Positions 17,660 through 27,355 are shown, counted from the first letter of the stretch. The stretch is 64,000 nt of DNA from an uncultured Rikenellaceae bacterium (GCA_964634565.1 CAZWLP010000006.1:6242-70241), one strand, 5' to 3'. A program made the numbers and translations. Notes: generated by a model from the sequence alone, not told the origin.

Positions 17660-20600
17660 TTATCTTGAATGCAGTAGGATTTTATCGTACAGTTCTTTAG
17701 GTTTAAATGGCTTGAGTATATAATCGTTGATATTAAGTCCTTCAATCTTATCTTCATGTTCCGACATTATAGCTGCAGTAAGTGCAATAATAGGAATATC
17801 TTTGATTTCCGGTTTTTCAGACTCCCTTATAATTCCCGATGCTTCAATGCCATCCATTTCGGGCATATGTAGATCCATTAAGATAAGATCGTACTCGTTG
17901 TTTTGTATCATGTCAAGTGCAATTTTCCCATTTTCGGCATGACTCACAATTATTCCCCACTTTGAGAGGAACTTATTAGCCACAAAGAAATTTATCTTAT
18001 TATCTTCTGCGATAAGTACTCTTTTACCTGTCAGCTGATCAAGTGTTCCTTCTTCTATTGATTGACTTCCCTTACTTGCTGAACTTGTTGCTGAAAGAAT
18101 AAACTTAAGTGTAAAACTGAAGCTGGATCCCTTTCCTATATCACTTTTAACCTCTATTTTACTACCCTGAAGCTCGATTAGTTTCTTAACAATTGATAGT
18201 CCCAGACCGGTGCCGCCATATTTTCTCGTTGTATCTTCCGATGCCTGGGTGTAGCTTTCAAAAATTGTATCAAGCTTGTCTTTTGGGATACCGATACCAG
18301 TATCTTCAACGGAGAAGCGTATTTCAATATCTTTTTCGTCTCTTTGTAACTCATCTATTTTTAGTTTAATAGAACCTGCAGAAGTGAATTTTAAAGAGTT
18401 TGAAAGCAGGTTTGAAAGTATCTGGTTAAGTCTTATCGGGTCACCAATAACTTCAGATGGCAGGGTTTCAGAGCGCTCAATAACAAATTGCAGTCCTTTC
18501 TCATCCGTCCTGAATGAGTAAGTTCTTTTAAGATCGTTAATAAAGTCATGGAGATTAAAGATGGTCTTCTCGAAAACTATCATACCTGATTCCATCTTAT
18601 TAAAATCAAGTACATCATTTACCAGTGTAAGCAGGTGATTACCGGAGAAACGAAGTGTTTTAATATATTCCATCTGATCGCTTCTGGGATTTCCCTGCAA
18701 CAGAAGGTTAGTTATGCCTAATACTTCATTTAGAGGTGTTCTTATCTCATGACTCATAGTTGACATAAACTGTTGTTTTAACCTTGCAGCTTCTTCAGCC
18801 TTCTTCCTTTCGATCACAAGGTTAGCAAGCATTTCCTTTCTCTGTATTACAAGGGCAATCTGGTTACCTATAATATCTATTACCTGGAGGTCGTGATTGG
18901 TAAATACAGATTCATCCTCATAATCCTGGAGAACCATGGCACCTATAATCTTATTATTAATTGTTAATGGCACTCCAAGCCAAACCTTGCATTCGGTTCC
19001 AACAAGGTCTATTAATTTGGCTTTTTCCAGTTTTTCAATGTCCTTTTGTCTCAGCAGAGTGGGTTTGCCTTCATTAATAAGCCATCCGGTAAGAGTTCCT
19101 TTGGTTGGAACCATATCAAATTGATCTTTCTCATCATTATATAATGGAAGGCTTAGTGTTTGATCGTTCTCATTATATAGTACTATATAGAAATTCTTGG
19201 TGTTGTAAAGCCTGCTTATCTCATTCTTGAATATTGTGAAGATATCCTGGAATTCGGTTTGAGTAAGAGCCACATTGGAAATATTCTGGACAACAGCTTT
19301 AAGATCACTTTCCTTCTGTTGGTCTGAAATATTCCTGTAGATAGCGAATAAAGATGTAGTGAAGTCATTAAAAGAAACTGGCTTAATAAGGAGAGATACA
19401 AATATTATCTCACCATTTTTTCTTTTTCTGTAAGTTTCAACCGCTATGGTTTCGTTTTTACTGGCCCTGTTGGTAAATTGTTTTCCTTCATCAGGTATAT
19501 TGTCAGGAATTATCAGATTGTCAATATTCTTTCCTAAACATTCCTCTTCGCTATATCCAAATTCCCTTATAAACTCCCTGTTAACTCTCTCTATTGTTCC
19601 ATCCTGACTGGTCTGCACAATGCTTTCAGGAGCTGACTCAATAAGTGTTTCAAGTTGGATTTTTTCTCTTAGGATTTCATTCTGTATCTTTTTCTTCTCT
19701 GTTATGTCTGTTAGAACACCTCTGTATCCCAGTAGTTTACCTCCTTTATTATAGATTCCTGTAGTCTGTGAGAGCACCTGTATCTCTTCTCCGTCTGATG
19801 TGCAGGCCAGATATTCATTTGATATAATAACTCCAGGTTTATCAATCTTTTTTAAATTATTAAATACTTTTTTAAGTTCCGATTCGTGGAACATGTTCCT
19901 TATAGATAGGCCTTTATCCATATCGTCCCTGGTATAGCCAAATTTTGTAAGGCCGTTTGAGTTTGCAAAGGTAAGTTTGCCTTTCAGGCTGATTTCGAAT
20001 ACCCCATTGGGGATCATTTCTGCAAATCGTTCAAAAATATCTCCCTGTGTTAAGAGTTCTTTTTCTCTTGATCTCTGGATTACTCCAGGTTCCCAGATAA
20101 GTATTACTTCACCTGTGTTAAGCCTTATACCAAAGTAATAGCCTTCATCTTCCTTATCAAAATCAAGGATGGTCTGTTTATTCGGCTGGCCTGTAAGTAC
20201 TATTTTACCAATTAATTCCAGGATAATATCTTTATTTTTTATATCCAGCTGATTAAGGTCCCTGCCAATTATCTTATCAGGATCCATACCCCTGAACTCA
20301 ATAGAATCATTATTAATATATTCCAGTATAAATCTGCCCTTTGAGTCTGGGTTTACTATCATTACAAAGTTCGTAAGAGACTCGAAAAGATCTCTAAGGC
20401 GCTCGAAGGTCTGGTTGATATCATCGACTGTTGATTCGTTTGAGATTACAGGCGTGTAGCTTGTTAGAAGGAATCGGTCTTCTCCAATAATAACGGGTTC
20501 TGCCGAGAACTTAAAATCTTTAACTTCTCCTTTTTTTGTCTTTATCGTGATATTAAAATCCTTAACCTTTTTTAATCTTGGCAGTTTGCGGATGAATTTA

Positions 20601-20893
20601 TCACTTTGAACAATATTGGCAAAAAGATCTATATCATCTGAATTTTTACCAATAATATCTTCTCTTTTATAGCCCAGGGTATCGAGGAAGTTCTGATTTA
20701 CTTCAATGTATCTTCCATCAGAAAGATTACTTATAGCCATCATCTGTGGTGTAGACCTGAATACATCTATAATCCTGTTCTTGCTTTCTTCAATTACTTT
20801 GAGATCCCTGATATTCCTTTTAAGCTCAGAGTTCTCTTGCTTGAGGGCAGCCACTTGTCTTTGGAGATCTTCAATTGAATATTGGTTTTTCAT
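17660..20893 (-). CDS. Soluble hybrid sensor histidine kinase/response regulator (coiled coil, multiple PAS, GAF, HisKA, HATPase_c, REC)
   Basis: 1077 aa with H-box MSHEIRTPLN, G-box GTGLGLSIVKKL and receiver LILMDLHMPEMDG. No hydrophobic transmembrane segment is visible. Confidence 0.85.
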   Translation of the reverse strand: MKNQYSIEDLQRQVAALKQENSELKRNIRDLKVIEESKNRIIDVFRSTPQMMAISNLSDGRYIEVNQNFLDTLGYKREDIIGKNSDDIDLFANIVQSDKFIRKLPRLKKVKDFNITIKTKKGEVKDFKFSAEPVIIGEDRFLLTSYTPVISNESTVDDINQTFERLRDLFESLTNFVMIVNPDSKGRFILEYINNDSIEFRGMDPDKIIGRDLNQLDIKNKDIILELIGKIVLTGQPNKQTILDFDKEDEGYYFGIRLNTGEVILIWEPGVIQRSREKELLTQGDIFERFAEMIPNGVFEISLKGKLTFANSNGLTKFGYTRDDMDKGLSIRNMFHESELKKVFNNLKKIDKPGVIISNEYLACTSDGEEIQVLSQTTGIYNKGGKLLGYRGVLTDITEKKKIQNEILREKIQLETLIESAPESIVQTSQDGTIERVNREFIREFGYSEEECLGKNIDNLIIPDNIPDEGKQFTNRASKNETIAVETYRKRKNGEIIFVSLLIKPVSFNDFTTSLFAIYRNISDQQKESDLKAVVQNISNVALTQTEFQDIFTIFKNEISRLYNTKNFYIVLYNENDQTLSLPLYNDEKDQFDMVPTKGTLTGWLINEGKPTLLRQKDIEKLEKAKLIDLVGTECKVWLGVPLTINNKIIGAMVLQDYEDESVFTNHDLQVIDIIGNQIALVIQRKEMLANLVIERKKAEEAARLKQQFMSTMSHEIRTPLNEVLGITNLLLQGNPRSDQMEYIKTLRFSGNHLLTLVNDVLDFNKMESGMIVFEKTIFNLHDFINDLKRTYSFRTDEKGLQFVIERSETLPSEVIGDPIRLNQILSNLLSNSLKFTSAGSIKLKIDELQRDEKDIEIRFSVEDTGIGIPKDKLDTIFESYTQASEDTTRKYGGTGLGLSIVKKLIELQGSKIEVKSDIGKGSSFSFTLKFILSATSSASKGSQSIEEGTLDQLTGKRVLIAEDNKINFFVANKFLSKWGIIVSHAENGKIALDMIQNNEYDLILMDLHMPEMDGIEASGIIRESEKPEIKDIPIIALTAAIMSEHEDKIEGLNINDYILKPFKPKELYDKILLHSR

Positions 20894-20951
20894 CCTGGGT
20901 ATATATTCAGTTTTCTGAAATTATGTAAAAATATATTAAATAGTTTTATCC

Positions 20952-21602
20952 TCATCCTTCTTTTTTAAGTTTTGATATATAGTATCTGCAAAAGCTGTTA
21001 AGTCCGCATTCATTGCATAGAGGTTTACGGGCCTTGCAAATATATCTTCCGTGAAGTATTAACCAGTGATGTGCCAGCGGAATAAGGTTTTCGGGAATAT
21101 TTGCTATTAACTGTCGCTCCACTGATAAAGGTGTTTTAGCATTGCTGCTTAAACCAATCCTGTTCGATACTCTGAAGACATGAGTGTCTACTGCCATGGC
21201 AGGTTTGTTAAAAATAACAGAGGCTATAACATTTGCAGTTTTACGTCCTACACCCGGTAATCTCTGAAGCTGTTCTATATCTGAAGGAACCTTATTGCTA
21301 AATTCTTCAGCCAGCATTCTTGCCATTCCGCTCAGGTGCTTTGCCTTATTATTAGGATATGAACATGATTTAATATATTCAAATATTTCATCCTGACTGG
21401 CTGCAGCCATATCTTTTGCTGAGGGGTAACGCAAGAACAGTGCGGGAGTAATCTGGTTAACCCTCTTATCCGTACATTGAGCCGACAGTATTACTGCTAC
21501 TATAAGTTCAAAGGGGTCGCTGTACACAAGTTCGGTCTCCGCTACAGGCCTGTTTTTAAGAAAATAATCAATAGTTAGTCTGTATCTCTCTTTTTTAGTC
21601 AT
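20952..21602 (-). CDS. nth: Endonuclease III
   Basis: 216 aa with helix-hairpin-helix LPGVGRKTANV and a C-terminal Fe-S motif C.....C..C.....C. Confidence 0.9.
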   Translation of the reverse strand: MTKKERYRLTIDYFLKNRPVAETELVYSDPFELIVAVILSAQCTDKRVNQITPALFLRYPSAKDMAAASQDEIFEYIKSCSYPNNKAKHLSGMARMLAEEFSNKVPSDIEQLQRLPGVGRKTANVIASVIFNKPAMAVDTHVFRVSNRIGLSSNAKTPLSVERQLIANIPENLIPLAHHWLILHGRYICKARKPLCNECGLNSFCRYYISKLKKEG

Positions 21603-21650
21603 CAGCAGCTTTGTGAAATTTTGTTAAATTATCAGAAAAATATCATTATT

Positions 21651-21682
21651 CTTTGGAAATATAGATATGAAGTATACATTTG
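21651..21682 (+). promoter_or_regulatory. Candidate Bacteroidota primary-sigma promoter of the aromatic operon (-33 TTTG, -7 TAcaTTTG)
   Basis: TTTG lies at 21651-21654 and TACATTTG at 21675-21682, separated by 20 nt. This fits the TTTG/TAnnTTTG consensus and places a transcription start about 15 nt before the first leader ATG. Confidence 0.45.
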
Positions 21683-21703
21683 TTGAAATATTTATTTACA
21701 CAG

Positions 21704-21763
21704 ATGTACAATTACAGCCATAACTACTTTTATTTTTATTATTATTTTCCTTTAAAGAGCTAA
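21704..21763 (+). promoter_or_regulatory. Leader peptide 1 of the aromatic operon attenuator: MYNYSHNYFYFYYYFPLKS*
   Basis: Direct translation gives 19 codons, of which 7 are Tyr and 3 are Phe. Confidence 0.7.
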
Positions 21764-21796
21764 GGGCTGTTTTGAACATTGATAAATTGTTAACCG

Positions 21797-21820
21797 GTCC
21801 CTTTAAGGGACTTTTTTTTT
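21797..21820 (+). terminator. Attenuator terminator 1
   Basis: gtccct (21797-21802) pairs with agggac (21806-21811), followed by nine T (21812-21820). An aaggg copy overlaps the leader stop codon (21762-21766) and can pair with ccctt (21799-21803) instead. Confidence 0.6.
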
Positions 21821-21824
21821 GGCT

Positions 21825-21881
21825 ATGGATAAGTACAGTTCATATTACTACTATTATTTTTTTTATTATCACCCGGGATAA
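21825..21881 (+). promoter_or_regulatory. Leader peptide 2 of the aromatic operon attenuator: MDKYSSYYYYYFFYYHPG*
   Basis: Direct translation gives 18 codons, of which 8 are Tyr and 2 are Phe. It begins 4 nt after the terminator 1 T-run. Confidence 0.7.
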
Positions 21882-21910
21882 TTATTAAGGCATATATTTT
21901 AATAATTACT

Positions 21911-21937
21911 ATCCCGGATTAAACCGGGATTTTTTTT
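21911..21937 (+). terminator. Attenuator terminator 2
   Basis: atcccgg (21911-21917) pairs with ccgggat (21924-21930), followed by a T-run to 21937. An alternative, longer helix forms between 21873-21886 (ccgggataattatt, overlapping the leader 2 stop) and 21901-21917. The pheA ATG is 8 nt downstream. Confidence 0.7.
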
Positions 21938-21945
21938 ACAATAAT

Positions 21946-22755
21946 ATGAGAATAGCAATACAGGGGGAAAAAGGGAGCTTTCATGAAGAAGCAGTAAAGA
22001 GTTTTTTTATAAAAGGATCTTACGAATTAGTTTCATGTACTTCATTCGATTCAACAATTGATGCTATAAAGCAATCCAGGGCTGATATGGCTGTAATGGC
22101 AATTGAGAATGCACGTTCCGGAAGTATCTTATATAATTACTCGCTGATAAGGGAATCGGGATTAAAGGTACATGGAGAAAAAGATATAAGAATCAGGCAG
22201 AATTTAATGGCACTGCCCGGTCAGACAATTGATAATATAAATGAAGTGTGGTCACACCCCGTTGCTATTTCGCAGTGTATGAATTTTCTTAGCGCTTATC
22301 CCGAAATAAGACTGGTAGAGAAGGACGACACAGCATCCAGTGCAAGGATTATTAGTAATAATGAAATTGCAGGAGTTGCAGCGATAGGAGCAGATATAGC
22401 TGCTGAAATTTATAAGCTGAATATCCTGGCATCGGGTATTGAATCTTATAAAATGAACTATACCAGGTTCCTGCTTGTTGGCGTCGGAATGAACAATACC
22501 TATAAGGCTAATAAAGCTTCGGTTTGTTTTTCACTTGGTCATAAGCCCGGATCTCTTGCAAAGCTGCTGGTTATACTTGCAGCGATGAATATAAATTTAT
22601 CCAAGATACTATCGGTCCCTAAGATTAACAGCGACTGGGAATACCTTTTTTACCTTGATCTTGAATTTAATGGCGATACAGAGGTGGAACATATGCTAAA
22701 GGTAATTCATAATAACACAAGAGAACTGGAAGTGCTGGGTCTCTATAAGATTTAA
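21946..22755 (+). CDS. pheA: Prephenate dehydratase (PDT plus ACT domains)
   Basis: 269 aa. Starts MRIAIQGEKGSFHEEA, contains TRF, and has an ACT-like C-terminus (SLGHKPGSLAKLL). Confidence 0.88.
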   Translation: MRIAIQGEKGSFHEEAVKSFFIKGSYELVSCTSFDSTIDAIKQSRADMAVMAIENARSGSILYNYSLIRESGLKVHGEKDIRIRQNLMALPGQTIDNINEVWSHPVAISQCMNFLSAYPEIRLVEKDDTASSARIISNNEIAGVAAIGADIAAEIYKLNILASGIESYKMNYTRFLLVGVGMNNTYKANKASVCFSLGHKPGSLAKLLVILAAMNINLSKILSVPKINSDWEYLFYLDLEFNGDTEVEHMLKVIHNNTRELEVLGLYKI

Positions 22756-22766
22756 AATATATTGTA

Positions 22767-23918
22767 ATGAAAGCAGCCGGAAGATTAAATCATATAAAGG
22801 AATATTATTTTTCCATTAAACTGGATGAAATAAGACAATTGAAAGCCAGTGGTGAGGATATTATAAACCTGGGTATTGGCAGTCCGGATTTAGCCCCTTC
22901 GCCAAGGGTTATTGAAAAGGCTATCGAGACATTAAAATCCAACGACTCTCATGGTTATCAGGCATATAACAGCATCCCTGATCTGCGTCTGGCATTTAGT
23001 GAATTTTACAGTAAAGTTTATAATGTAAACCTTGATTTTGAAAAGGAGATTTTACCACTAATGGGATCAAAAGAAGGAGTAATGCATTTGAGCCTTGCTT
23101 TTCTGAATAGTGCTGATGGAGTGCTTATTCCTGATCCGGGTTATCCTGCTTATGCTTCCGCTGCTAAAATATGTGGTGCCCGGGTCTTATATTATAACCT
23201 TCTTGAGAAAAATAACTGGCTCCCTGATTTAGAAGAGCTGAGGAGCATGGATCTTTCGGGAGTAAGAATAATGTGGGTAAATTATCCGCATATGCCTACA
23301 GGCAAGGTTGCACCGGCAGGTGTACTTAAGAACCTGACAGAGTTCGGGAAAGAAAATAATATTTTGATTATAAATGATAATCCCTACAGTCTGATTCTTA
23401 ATTCAGAGCCTCTTAGTCTTCTATCTTTTGACCCCCTGAAGAACTATTCTATGGAACTAAACTCTTTGAGTAAATCCTATAATATGGCAGGTTGGCGGGT
23501 AGGGATGATTGCAGGATCTGAAGATAATATTAAAAATGTATTGAAGGTAAAGAGTAATATAGATTCGGGAATGTTTCTTCCTGTTCAGCATGCTGCTATT
23601 GAGGCTCTCAGGACAGAAGGGGAATGGATAGATAATTTAAACAGTATTTATGAAAGAAGGAGGGAGATAGTTTATAAGATATTAAATATCCTTGGATCGC
23701 CTTACAGAGAAGATCAGGCCGGCCTCTTTGTATGGTCGGGTCTGCCCCCTGCTTATGAGTCTTCCTACGATTATTCTGATTATTTGCTTAAGAAGTATGG
23801 AGTATTTATTACTCCCGGGTCTGTCTTCGGGACAAATGGCAGAAAACATATTCGTACCTCTCTTTGTTTGCCTGAAGAATTACTGCAGAAATGTTTAAAA
23901 CGAATTACATCAAAATAA
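22767..23918 (+). CDS. Class I/II PLP aminotransferase (probable aromatic/prephenate aminotransferase)
   Basis: 383 aa with the PLP-lysine motif SLSKSYNMAGWRVGM. It sits inside the aromatic operon. Confidence 0.75.
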   Translation: MKAAGRLNHIKEYYFSIKLDEIRQLKASGEDIINLGIGSPDLAPSPRVIEKAIETLKSNDSHGYQAYNSIPDLRLAFSEFYSKVYNVNLDFEKEILPLMGSKEGVMHLSLAFLNSADGVLIPDPGYPAYASAAKICGARVLYYNLLEKNNWLPDLEELRSMDLSGVRIMWVNYPHMPTGKVAPAGVLKNLTEFGKENNILIINDNPYSLILNSEPLSLLSFDPLKNYSMELNSLSKSYNMAGWRVGMIAGSEDNIKNVLKVKSNIDSGMFLPVQHAAIEALRTEGEWIDNLNSIYERRREIVYKILNILGSPYREDQAGLFVWSGLPPAYESSYDYSDYLLKKYGVFITPGSVFGTNGRKHIRTSLCLPEELLQKCLKRITSK

Positions 23919-23932
23919 TAAAATTGTAAATT

Positions 23933-25012
23933 ATGAGCGACGAACTAAGTCTCGATAATAGTCAGCTTTGCTGCCACGATAAGAGGCCTTTGCTGGTTTC
24001 AGGGCCCTGCTCGGCAGAGTCGGAATTCCAGGTGCTTGAGACTGCAAGGCAGCTAAAAGCAATAGGAATAAATATTTTCAGAGCAGGGATATGGAAACCC
24101 CGTACCCGACCTGATACCTTCGAGGGTATGGGATCAATTGCACTGCCCTGGCTTAAAAAGGCAAAGGAGGAAACCGGGATGCTGACTGCCACCGAAGTTG
24201 CTAATGTATGGCATGTTAAGGAAGCTATCAGTCATGAAGTTGATATATTGTGGATTGGTGCAAGAACTACTGCAAATCCATTTGCAGTCCAGGATATTGC
24301 CGATGCTCTCAGGGGATATAATATACCTGTATTTGTTAAGAATCCTATTAATCCTGATATTGAGCTATGGATAGGTGCCTTGCAGAGGTTAAATAAAGTA
24401 GGACTGAGGAATCTTATTGCTGTTCACAGGGGCTTTAGCTACTATGGGAAAAATTCTTATCGTAATCCGCCCCAGTGGGAAATTCCAATAGAATTGAAAA
24501 GACGAATACCTGAAATTCCTATTATAACAGATCCAAGTCATATCTGTGGCTCAAAGGATTTACTGTTTAATGTTTCTCAAACAGCTATGGATCTTGACTT
24601 TGATGGACTGTTTATGGAGTCCCATTTTAGCCCTGATAAAGCTCTAAGCGATAGGGAGCAGCAGGTTACTCCTGCTCAATTGAAGGATATTCTCGACCGG
24701 CTTATCCTTAGGAATCACGATGTTAAATCATCTCAGCAACTTGAGGGTCTGGAAGGACTAAGGCGACAGATTGACCAGTGGGATGAAGAGCTGCTGAGAG
24801 TACTGAGAAGCAGGATGGCAATTTCAGAGGCAATCGGGGATTATAAGAAGAAAGAAAATATTACCATCCTTCAAACAAACAGGTGGTCTGAGATTCTTGA
24901 AGACAGACTTCGTAAAGCAAAGACACTGGGATTAAGCGAGCAGTTTATTATTCAGTTATTTAAACAGGTACATCAGGAATCTATTAACTTTCAGAATAGA
25001 GTAATGAATTAA
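23933..25012 (+). CDS. Bifunctional 3-deoxy-7-phosphoheptulonate (DAHP) synthase (class I-beta) / chorismate mutase type II
   Basis: 359 aa. The N-terminal roughly 260 aa are KDO8PS-like (PLLVSGPCSAES, DPSH). The C-terminal roughly 90 aa form a helical CM_2 domain (RRQIDQWDEELLRVLRSRMAIS). Confidence 0.85.
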   Translation: MSDELSLDNSQLCCHDKRPLLVSGPCSAESEFQVLETARQLKAIGINIFRAGIWKPRTRPDTFEGMGSIALPWLKKAKEETGMLTATEVANVWHVKEAISHEVDILWIGARTTANPFAVQDIADALRGYNIPVFVKNPINPDIELWIGALQRLNKVGLRNLIAVHRGFSYYGKNSYRNPPQWEIPIELKRRIPEIPIITDPSHICGSKDLLFNVSQTAMDLDFDGLFMESHFSPDKALSDREQQVTPAQLKDILDRLILRNHDVKSSQQLEGLEGLRRQIDQWDEELLRVLRSRMAISEAIGDYKKKENITILQTNRWSEILEDRLRKAKTLGLSEQFIIQLFKQVHQESINFQNRVMN

Positions 25013-25054
25013 TCTGCCGGAATTAATACCTTTAAAGTTGGAAACAAGGCATAT

Positions 25055-26083
25055 ATGGAAAAAATATTCTATACAATACAGGGTAAGAGATCTGATATAA
25101 TAATCGGAAGGGCCTGGGAGCTTGTCGGTGACCTGATTCCTGCCGGACAAACTGTAATTATTACTGACAGGAATGTGTCGGGTTATTACTTAGATGAATT
25201 TCCTGATTGTAAGGTGCTTACATTGTCGCCTGGAGAGTCTTCAAAAAGCCTCTCTACTGTCGATCAGATTGTAAAAGAGTTACTTAAACTGGAGGTCGAC
25301 AGAAGCTATTTCCTTCTGGGTATAGGTGGCGGTGTTGTAAGTGATATTACGGGTTTCGTCGCATCTGTGTATATGAGAGGTGTCAGGTTCGGATTGGTAT
25401 CTACAAGTCTTTTATCGCAGGTAGATGCCAGTATCGGAGGTAAAAACGGAGTAAATAGTAGCGGGTATAAGAATGTTATAGGCTGTTTTACTCAACCTGA
25501 ATTTGTTATATGCGATACCACTATGTTAAAAACCCTTCCTTATGAGGATTTTAAGTCAGGGCTTGCAGAGATAGTTAAGTATGCACTTATACGTGATAGT
25601 AAATTATTCTGTCTTCTTGAGGAAAGGGTCTCGAGCATTAATGAAGGTAACAAATCATTAATGGATGAGATACTTAGCCGTTCGGTTAAAATAAAGATAG
25701 ATATTGTTGAAGAAGATGTAAGGGAAAAAGGGGAGAGGCGTTTACTGAATTTTGGTCATACTATTGGTCATGCTATTGAGGCAGCAAATGGTCTGAAGCA
25801 TGGACTGGCTATAGCCAGGGGTATGGTTTTCTCATCGTTAATTTCACTTGAGGAAGGTTACCTCGATAAAGATAAATACAATAGAATAATCGCCTTGTTG
25901 AAGTCATTGGGCTTGCTTGATGGAGTTCCGGGAATATCCAGTTCCTATTTAGAGATTGTAAGACGTGATAAAAAGAGAGAAAAGAATATAATTCACTTTG
26001 TTCTCTTAAATGATATTGGTAGTGCATTTATTAAGGAGATGCCACTTCAGGACCTTGTTACATGGATGGAAAATAAGATTTAG
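25055..26083 (+). CDS. aroB: 3-dehydroquinate synthase
   Basis: 342 aa with GGGVVSDITGFVAS, NFGHTIGHAIE and LKHG motifs. Confidence 0.9.
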   Translation: MEKIFYTIQGKRSDIIIGRAWELVGDLIPAGQTVIITDRNVSGYYLDEFPDCKVLTLSPGESSKSLSTVDQIVKELLKLEVDRSYFLLGIGGGVVSDITGFVASVYMRGVRFGLVSTSLLSQVDASIGGKNGVNSSGYKNVIGCFTQPEFVICDTTMLKTLPYEDFKSGLAEIVKYALIRDSKLFCLLEERVSSINEGNKSLMDEILSRSVKIKIDIVEEDVREKGERRLLNFGHTIGHAIEAANGLKHGLAIARGMVFSSLISLEEGYLDKDKYNRIIALLKSLGLLDGVPGISSSYLEIVRRDKKREKNIIHFVLLNDIGSAFIKEMPLQDLVTWMENKI

Positions 26084-26085
26084 CT

Positions 26086-27348
26086 ATGATTGCAAGGATA
26101 TATCCCTCTGATTCTTCAGGATCTGTAGTCTCGCAGGCTTCAAAGAGTTCCATGCAAAGAGCAGTAGCAGCTGCCTTATTATCAAATGGACTGTCGGTGC
26201 TTTCAAACGTATCTGATTCTGCAGATTCTCTTTCTGCCTTGAAAATGGCTGAATGCCTGGGTGCCAGTGTAGAAAGAACCGGTGATAAGGTGAATATCAG
26301 AGGTGGCTTAGATCCTGTGTGCAGGGAATTGAATTGTGGCGAATCAGGCCTCGGAGTACGATTGTTTTCAGCAATAGCATCTCTGTGCGATAAAGAAATA
26401 ACTATCAGTGGATCGGGATCTGTTATGAAACGTCCAATGGCTATGATCGAAAAGTCTTTGAAGGAGCTGGGAGCAAAGGCAGATTCTGCCCGTGGTTTTC
26501 TGCCAATTAAGATTAAGGGCCCTATTCACGGCGGTAAATTAAAGATAGACGGATCTTTTAGTTCTCAATTTATTAGTGGATTATTATTTGCTCTACCACT
26601 TCTTGAAGAAGACTCGATTCTGCTTATTGATTCATTAAAGAGTAAGCCATATATAGATTTGACCATTAGTGTTTTAGAATCATTTGGTATAAGTATTGAC
26701 AAGCATGATTACAGGGAAATATATATTAGAGGAAGGCAGGTATATAAGTCTGCCTGCTATCGTGTTGAAGAAGACTGGAGCGGAATATCATTTCTCGCAA
26801 TCCTGGGGGCAATATCAGGTCGTATATCTGTAAAGGGCTTATCACTTAATTCTGTTCAGTCTGATAAGGTAATAGTTGATGTATTGCGTAAAGCCGGTGC
26901 AGTAGTCGAGACAGTTAAAAATGAACTTATTATTGCACCGGGTAAGCTACTTAAACCCTTTGAATTTGATATATCAGATTGTCCGGATCTTGCACCTCCC
27001 TTAACTGCACTGGCAGCTTATTGTAATGGTAAGTCAGTGCTCAGGGGCACAAGCAGGCTGGCAGGAAAGGAAAGCAACAGGTCTGAAACACTGAAGCTTG
27101 AGTTTGCCAGGCTGGGGGTGAATATTGATATTCAGAACGATTCGATGGAGATTTTTGGAAAATCCAGGGTTGGCTCCGGCGAGGTTGATTCGCATGATGA
27201 TCACAGAATAGCCATGGCCCTTGCAATAGCTGCTGTGAAGGCAGAGGGGCCTGTTACAATAAACAATGCAGAAGCTATAAATAAATCTTATCCGGGATTT
27301 TTTAATGATATGGTGAAACTGGGTATAAAAGTTGAATTATTTAATTAA
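26086..27348 (+). CDS. aroA: 3-phosphoshikimate 1-carboxyvinyltransferase (EPSP synthase)
   Basis: 420 aa. SKSSMQRA, DHRIAMALAIAA and LAGKESNR-type motifs are present. Confidence 0.88.
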   Translation: MIARIYPSDSSGSVVSQASKSSMQRAVAAALLSNGLSVLSNVSDSADSLSALKMAECLGASVERTGDKVNIRGGLDPVCRELNCGESGLGVRLFSAIASLCDKEITISGSGSVMKRPMAMIEKSLKELGAKADSARGFLPIKIKGPIHGGKLKIDGSFSSQFISGLLFALPLLEEDSILLIDSLKSKPYIDLTISVLESFGISIDKHDYREIYIRGRQVYKSACYRVEEDWSGISFLAILGAISGRISVKGLSLNSVQSDKVIVDVLRKAGAVVETVKNELIIAPGKLLKPFEFDISDCPDLAPPLTALAAYCNGKSVLRGTSRLAGKESNRSETLKLEFARLGVNIDIQNDSMEIFGKSRVGSGEVDSHDDHRIAMALAIAAVKAEGPVTINNAEAINKSYPGFFNDMVKLGIKVELFN

Positions 27349-27355
27349 CTGGAAG

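Noticed and set aside
21667-21723. A third upstream mini-ORF (MKYTFVEIFIYTDVQLQP) as an additional leader peptide
   Set aside because: It is out of frame with leader 1 and overlaps it. It is only modestly aromatic, has no terminator of its own, and overlaps the predicted -7 box, so it is probably not transcribed in full.
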